From NCBI GenBank assembly GCA_040767085.1, contig JAXGPF010000011.1, positions 128,001 to 192,000 of the forward strand: DNA of 64,000 bases, read 5' to 3'. Source of the DNA: Kiritimatiellia bacterium. Lineage in GTDB: Bacteria > Verrucomicrobiota > Kiritimatiellia > JAAZAB01. The position numbers were made by a program, and so were the translations under genes. Within the stretch, counting starts at the first letter, position 1, and each line of letters opens with the position of its first letter. Of this stretch, positions 58,676 to 64,000 are shown piece by piece. The notes beneath the pieces were generated by a model. The model searched no databases. It was not told where the DNA came from and saw only the letters and a list, made by a program, of their open reading frames with translations.

Positions 58676-60286
58676 GTGGTTCTGCGTTTTTTTAGATTAT
58701 GCTTGTGCGCCGCCGCCATGGCCGCGGGAGCGCGCGCGAGCGAGATTGTCATACTGCATACCGCCGATGTGCATGGCAATGTATTCAATTCCGGCCTCTG
58801 CGGCGATGCCCGGGGCGCCGGCGGACTGCTCCGCTGCGCGGCCCTGATCAAGGACATCCGGAAAAATCATCCCGAAGCCGTGTTGCTGGATCTGGGCGAC
58901 TTGTTCCAGGGCACCGCGGAAAGTTACCGCACGCGCGGGTTGCTGGTGGCGGAAATCGTCAAATCCATGCGTTATGACGGGCTGGTGGTCGGCAACCATG
59001 AATTTGACTGGGGCGCGGATACGCTGTGGAAGTTTTACGAGCAAGCGGAAACCAAGGTGTTGGCGGCGGATATTTTCACGGCGCAGGCCTTGCACTTCGC
59101 GCAGGCCGGTCTCTGGCCGCCGGCCAACGACGGTGAACTCCGGCCGGCGGCAATTCATCCGTATTTCATCAAAAAAATCCAGGGCGCGCGCCTGGCGGTG
59201 ATCGGCTTGAGTAATCCGCACATGCCGCGCTGGTTCAAGCCGGAAGCGCTGGGCAACCTGTTGTTTTTCGACTCGGTGACGGCGATCCGCGGCGTGCTGA
59301 CGCAGGTGCGCGCGGCCCGGCCGGATGTGATCGTGCTGGCCGTGCACCAGGGCTACCGCGACTGGGGCGACAACCCGGCGAATCGCATCAACGAAATCGC
59401 GGCTAATTTTCCGGAGCTGACGGCCATCATCGGCGCACACAGCCATGCTCCCCTGCCGATGGAGGAAATCAACGGGATTCTATATACCCAGACCGAACCT
59501 TATGCGCGCAGCTTGGGAAAGCTTACGATTAATTTCGATTTGAAGGAGCGGCGGATTGTCAGCCGGCGCGCCGAACTGCTGCCGGCGGACGCAGCGGTTG
59601 CGCCCGAGCCGGCATTGCTGGCCCGATACGGCGGACCGCGCGCAGACACGGAGGCGTATCTTGACCGGGTGGTCGGCGCGGCGGCCTGTGATCATACGCC
59701 CGCGCCGGTTTCGCCCGGGCAATCGCGCATGCAATCCCTGATAGCCGCCGCCATCGCCGAGCGCACGGGCGCGGAGGCCGTACTGCACGGCCACCTGGCG
59801 GACGCGGCGCTGTTTGCGGGGCCGGTGCGCATGCGGGACATCTGGCGGGCGGTGCCCTACGAAAACAGCATCGGGGTAGCGGACCTCACGGCGGAAGAAA
59901 TCGCGGAGATTCTGGAGGAGAACAGCCGGTATTATAATTCGCCGCAGTTCCGGGGCGTGTATGGCATGACCTACCGGATCACCTTCGACAGCCGGTATCC
60001 GCGCATCAGCGACATCCAGATCGGAGGGCAGCCGGCGGCGCCCGCGCCCCGGCGTTACAAGATCGCTTTCAACAGCTTTGACCTGGCTTCGGCAGGCGAC
60101 CGCCTGCCGCGCTTGCGCGCAATCACGGAAAAACCATCCAGCGCGTTGCACGACACCGGGCTGGATACCCGGCAGATAGTCATAGATTATATTGCCAGCC
60201 ACCCCGATTTCGATATATTAAACGTGCCGCCGGCTGCCGGCGCGATTGTCCCGTCCGGGCGGTCATTCCGGCGCGAGCGGGAATGA
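58676..60286 (+). CDS. Bifunctional metallophosphatase / 5'-nucleotidase
   Basis: LHTADVHG, DLGDLFQG, GNHEFDWG, HQG, GAHSH, PYEN; signal peptide from GTG 58676. Confidence 0.9.
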   Translation: MVLRFFRLCLCAAAMAAGARASEIVILHTADVHGNVFNSGLCGDARGAGGLLRCAALIKDIRKNHPEAVLLDLGDLFQGTAESYRTRGLLVAEIVKSMRYDGLVVGNHEFDWGADTLWKFYEQAETKVLAADIFTAQALHFAQAGLWPPANDGELRPAAIHPYFIKKIQGARLAVIGLSNPHMPRWFKPEALGNLLFFDSVTAIRGVLTQVRAARPDVIVLAVHQGYRDWGDNPANRINEIAANFPELTAIIGAHSHAPLPMEEINGILYTQTEPYARSLGKLTINFDLKERRIVSRRAELLPADAAVAPEPALLARYGGPRADTEAYLDRVVGAAACDHTPAPVSPGQSRMQSLIAAAIAERTGAEAVLHGHLADAALFAGPVRMRDIWRAVPYENSIGVADLTAEEIAEILEENSRYYNSPQFRGVYGMTYRITFDSRYPRISDIQIGGQPAAPAPRRYKIAFNSFDLASAGDRLPRLRAITEKPSSALHDTGLDTRQIVIDYIASHPDFDILNVPPAAGAIVPSGRSFRRERE

Positions 60287-60329
60287 GGCCCTTTCGGCCA
60301 AAGCATCAGCAACCAGACAGGAAAGAAAC

Positions 60330-61238
60330 ATGAAAAAAACACCGGCGGATTTCGATGTCGTCATCGGCTTGGACATGGAAACGGACGTGGGGTCGTTCAC
60401 ATCCAATTACGAAGGCGTAAAAAAAGGCACTCCCGCCCTGTTGAAGGTTTTGCGGGGGCATGGAGCGAGCGCGACATTTTTCTGGACCGGCCATGCCGCC
60501 GAGCAGAATCCGGAGATGGTCCGGCAGGTGGCGGCCAGCGGCCATGAAACCGGCTGCCACGGGATGTACCATGAAACGCTGGGCGACCCGCTTTTCCCCC
60601 TGCCCAACAATTGGCCGCTGCTGCCGTCGGAGGTTGCCGGCCGCATCCGGCTGGCCACGAAGATAGTCGGCCAGACGGCCGGCCGGCGTCCGGTAAGTTT
60701 CCGTTGTCCGCGTCTCTGGGGCAGCACCCGGGTGGTGCAGGAATTGGAAAAACTGGGGTATATCGCCGATGCCTCGCTGCCGCTTTATTATTATCGCACC
60801 ATGTTCGTTCCATATCATCCTTCCGCGAAAGATTGGACCAAGCCGGGACGGATGCGCATCGTGGAACTGCCGAATTTCTGCGACTTGACGATGAAGAGCA
60901 AGGATCCGCTTTACAACCGCGATCGCGATCAATGGCCGCTTTTCCGGACCAAGTCCGCCAAGGCGCTCCTGGTTAAGGTGGACTCGTTCATGGATTACGT
61001 CAGGCGCCGCCGGCAGCGGCCGGTGCTGGTATTTTATTTTCATCCCTGGGAGTTCCATCCCATGCCGCAGGGCGCCATCGATTTCGGCGAGGCGTCCGTG
61101 CGTCCCTTGCCGTTTATCGTCAAGCATTGCGGCCCGCGCGCCCTGGAAGAATTCGATAAATTATGCCTGGGCCTGCGCCAAAGGGGCGGCCGGTTCGTTA
61201 CGGCCGGCGACCTGGCCCGCGAATATATAGCCGGGTAA
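60330..61238 (+). CDS. Polysaccharide deacetylase family protein
   Basis: LDMETD, ATFFWTG, GHETGCHGMYH, SFRCP, YFHPWEF. Confidence 0.9.
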   Translation: MKKTPADFDVVIGLDMETDVGSFTSNYEGVKKGTPALLKVLRGHGASATFFWTGHAAEQNPEMVRQVAASGHETGCHGMYHETLGDPLFPLPNNWPLLPSEVAGRIRLATKIVGQTAGRRPVSFRCPRLWGSTRVVQELEKLGYIADASLPLYYYRTMFVPYHPSAKDWTKPGRMRIVELPNFCDLTMKSKDPLYNRDRDQWPLFRTKSAKALLVKVDSFMDYVRRRRQRPVLVFYFHPWEFHPMPQGAIDFGEASVRPLPFIVKHCGPRALEEFDKLCLGLRQRGGRFVTAGDLAREYIAG

Positions 61239-61242
61239 AGCC

Positions 61243-62214
61243 ATGCGATTAAGTAAATTATACAAATTATTCCAAAACGGACAGCGGCGCTGCCACCTGG
61301 TCGGCGACGAGCAGGCTGGCGTGCTGGTCGGGCTGGACCTGGAAGGCCGGCTGTATGCGGTGGCGGAAGGCGAAGTGCTTAACCGCGTTAATCCCGCGGC
61401 GTTGGAAGGGCAGTCCACCATGGACGGATACCTTAACCCGGGCGGCGACGGGCTGTGGCCGGCGCCGGAAGGTTCGCGCCTGGGCTATGAATATGCCGCG
61501 GGCAGATGGCGGGTGCCGCCGGGATTGACCGGGGCGCGGTACCGGGTGACGGATACCGGCCCGCGGATGGCGGTGGTGCAGGCGGAGGTTGATTTGATCA
61601 ATTCCAGCGGACAGGGAATGCCGATGATTTTCGAACGGCGCATCCGCGCGGCAAAGCCGGCCGGGCATGCCGGCCGCGCCGTCCAGGTCCTGGTGTGCGA
61701 ATGCCTGAAATATCTGGGGCAGCGCCCCCTACCCCGGCCGGCTGCCATGATCGCGCCCTGGACGCTGGCCCAATTTGATTCCGGCCCGGGGGCGGAAGTG
61801 GTCTTTCCGGGCCGGCCGGACATGCTGATACACGATTTTTACGATCCCAGCGGCGACCGCCGCCGGCATGCAGGCGGGCTTTGGCGGACGCGCACCGACG
61901 GCAGCGGCCCGCGGTATCAGATCGGGTTGGAGCCCGACGTGCCCTGGATCGAATACCGTTACCCGGCGCGCGGGTTGACTGTCCGGCGCGCGGCGGCGCC
62001 CTTGGCGCCAGGCTGGGACTATATGGATATCGCCGACCGGCAGCCGGACCTTGATCCGCAGCCTTTGGCCATCCGGTACAGCGTTTACAGCGATCCATCC
62101 GGCTTCATGGAAATCGAGGCGGCGGGCGGAGCGCCCGCGGTGTTAACTCCAGGCATAAGCCTGGAGTTGTCGGTGGATACCACTTATTACGCTGACGCTG
62201 CTGAACTGCAATGA
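61243..62214 (+). CDS. Hypothetical protein
   Basis: 323-aa ORF tightly coupled to both neighbours; NPGGDGLWPAPEG, FMEIEAAG. Confidence 0.8.
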   Translation: MRLSKLYKLFQNGQRRCHLVGDEQAGVLVGLDLEGRLYAVAEGEVLNRVNPAALEGQSTMDGYLNPGGDGLWPAPEGSRLGYEYAAGRWRVPPGLTGARYRVTDTGPRMAVVQAEVDLINSSGQGMPMIFERRIRAAKPAGHAGRAVQVLVCECLKYLGQRPLPRPAAMIAPWTLAQFDSGPGAEVVFPGRPDMLIHDFYDPSGDRRRHAGGLWRTRTDGSGPRYQIGLEPDVPWIEYRYPARGLTVRRAAAPLAPGWDYMDIADRQPDLDPQPLAIRYSVYSDPSGFMEIEAAGGAPAVLTPGISLELSVDTTYYADAAELQ

Positions 62215-63428
62215 AATCCGGTTTTCTGGATAAATTAATCGAGCGGCTGGACAAGCTGGACCCGCGCAGCGTGCAAGCCCATTTCCTGCGGCTGGTCCAG
62301 GAGAAGGGGCTGCTGGAAGCCGTGTTTAATGCCTTGCAGGAAGGCGTCATCGTGCTGGATGCCCAGGGCAACATAAACTATGCCAACCAGGCCGCCGCCA
62401 AAATGCTGGGCTTTACCCTGGAAAACGCCATCCGCCAGCCGGTGTCGCGGTTCCTGCGGGAGATCGAATGGCATAAAATCATCGGGCTGGATACGCGGGA
62501 ATGGTCAAAACTGATCAGCCGTGAAATCGAAATAACTTACCCGCAGCATAAATTTTTGAATTTTTACGTCATGCCCCTGGCGGCCGACGCGGAGCCCGAC
62601 CGCGGCGCCGTGGTGATCTTCCGCGACGTGACCTGCGACCGCGAGCAGGAATCCCGGACACTCAACGCCGAAAGGCTGAACGCCTTGACGCTCCTGGCGG
62701 CCGGTGTCGCCCACGAGATCGGCAATCCCCTGAATTCCCTGCACATCCATCTGCAATTACTGGAACGCGGCCTGCGCCAGGCGCGCCTGCCCCAGGGCGA
62801 TAAACTGCGCGACTCGGTGCGCGTGGCCCGGGCCGAAGTCGAGCGGTTGAATCTGACGATTACCCAGTTCCTGCGCGCGATCCGCCCGACCGTGCCGCAG
62901 CGCGAGCAGTGCTCCCTCGAGGAAATCCTGCGGGAAATCCTGGCTTTTCTGAAAAACGAGATTGACGATCGGGATGTCCTGGCGGAAGTAAAGGTGCTCG
63001 AGCCCATCCCGAAAATTTCCGTTGACCGCAACCAGATCAAGCAGGCTTTTTTCAACATCGTCAAAAACAGTTTGCAGGCGATGTCCAAAGGGGGGCTGCT
63101 GACCATCACCATGTTTGCCAATGACCGGTTTGCCGGGGTCTCGTGCAAAGACACCGGCGCGGGCATTCCGCCGGAAAAACTCGGCTCTTTGTTCGAGCCA
63201 TACCAGACCACCAAGGAAGGCGGCAGCGGGCTGGGCTTGATGATTGTGCAGCGGATTTTGCAGGATCATGGCGGCGAGATGGAAATTCACAGCCAGCCGG
63301 GCCAAGGCACGACTTTTACCGTGCTGCTGCCGTTGGATGCCCGCCGCATCAGGTTGTTGAAAGCGCCGCGGCGGCCGGCGCCGCGCCGGCAGGCGCAAGG
63401 GGGAAATGACCATGAGCAGCCGGCGTAA
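62211..63428 (+). CDS. PAS sensor histidine kinase
   Basis: LAAGVAHEIGNPL, QAFFNIVKNS, DTGAGI, TTKEGGSGLGL. Confidence 0.93.
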   Translation: MKSGFLDKLIERLDKLDPRSVQAHFLRLVQEKGLLEAVFNALQEGVIVLDAQGNINYANQAAAKMLGFTLENAIRQPVSRFLREIEWHKIIGLDTREWSKLISREIEITYPQHKFLNFYVMPLAADAEPDRGAVVIFRDVTCDREQESRTLNAERLNALTLLAAGVAHEIGNPLNSLHIHLQLLERGLRQARLPQGDKLRDSVRVARAEVERLNLTITQFLRAIRPTVPQREQCSLEEILREILAFLKNEIDDRDVLAEVKVLEPIPKISVDRNQIKQAFFNIVKNSLQAMSKGGLLTITMFANDRFAGVSCKDTGAGIPPEKLGSLFEPYQTTKEGGSGLGLMIVQRILQDHGGEMEIHSQPGQGTTFTVLLPLDARRIRLLKAPRRPAPRRQAQGGNDHEQPA

Positions 63429-64000
63429 ACCTGTCATACTGGTGGTGGAAGACGAAAAAAACACCCGCGAAGGGCTGCGGCATGCCCTGGAGGACGACTA
63501 CCAGGTGCTTTTAGCCGACAGCGGCGAAACCGCCTGGCGTCTGCTGGAGGAACATGGCGCCGTCGAAGTCATGATCACCGACATGCGCATGTCCGGCATG
63601 GACGGATTGACGCTGATCCGCCGGGCCCTGGGGCGCGATGCCAACCTGGTGTGCATACTGCTGACGGCGTATGGCACGATCGAAACCGCCGTCGAAGCCA
63701 TGAAAATCGGCGCTTATGATTTCCTCACCAAGCCGGTCAACCTGGATCAACTGGAATTGGTACTGCAGCGCGCCCTGCGGTCGCGGCAGTTGGAAGACGA
63801 AAACCGGCAACTGCGCCGGCAACTGAACAAAAAATTCGGCCTGGAGAATATCACCGGCCAGGCACCCTGCATGGAGGAAGTGTTTAACCTGATCCAGCAG
63901 GTGGCGCCCTCCCGCGCCACCGTCCTGATCCAGGGCGAAAGCGGCACCGGCAAGGAACTCGTGGCGCATGCTATTCATGGCTTGAGTACCCGGGCCCGCG
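63412..64000 (+). CDS. sigma54-dependent NtrC-family response regulator (partial, runs off right edge)
   Basis: Read manually: ILVVEDE, TDMRMSGMDG, LTAYG, GAYDFLTKP, VLIQGESGTGKELVA. Confidence 0.93.
   Translation, partial: MSSRRKPVILVVEDEKNTREGLRHALEDDYQVLLADSGETAWRLLEEHGAVEVMITDMRMSGMDGLTLIRRALGRDANLVCILLTAYGTIETAVEAMKIGAYDFLTKPVNLDQLELVLQRALRSRQLEDENRQLRRQLNKKFGLENITGQAPCMEEVFNLIQQVAPSRATVLIQGESGTGKELVAHAIHGLSTRAR

Overview
High-GC bacterial chromosome segment, probably PVC superphylum (Kiritimatiellia/Lentisphaeria-like; an inference from gene style, not proven). It holds the likely replication origin (dnaA-dnaN), housekeeping genes (purL, riboflavin synthase, ldh, glycogen debranching enzyme), an uncharacterised KamA + 2x Ddl-like ATP-grasp + GNAT operon and a putrescine/carboxyspermidine pathway. 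A visibly lower-GC ~18 kb accessory island (about 30.2-48.3 kb) carries a GTAG-REP tandem array, truncated Rhs toxin tips with intact partner/immunity genes, and a 2316-aa surface protein split by an IS1380 with a clean 6-bp target duplication. The most striking pattern is that the island cargo is punctuated by alternating GGGGTCAGTC ... GACTGACCCC ends belonging to decayed HUH/Y1 (RAYT-like) transposase units, including an empty fused site, with junctions a few nt outside the ends. This suggests an integron-like, HUH-transposase-built cassette array for toxin-immunity modules. Other candidates: a 31-nt hairpin inserted at the same codon of three transposase copies, a structured leader before the ornithine decarboxylase, and non-canonical DnaA boxes alongside an altered DnaA recognition helix. 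All family calls come from motif recognition by eye; no searches were run.
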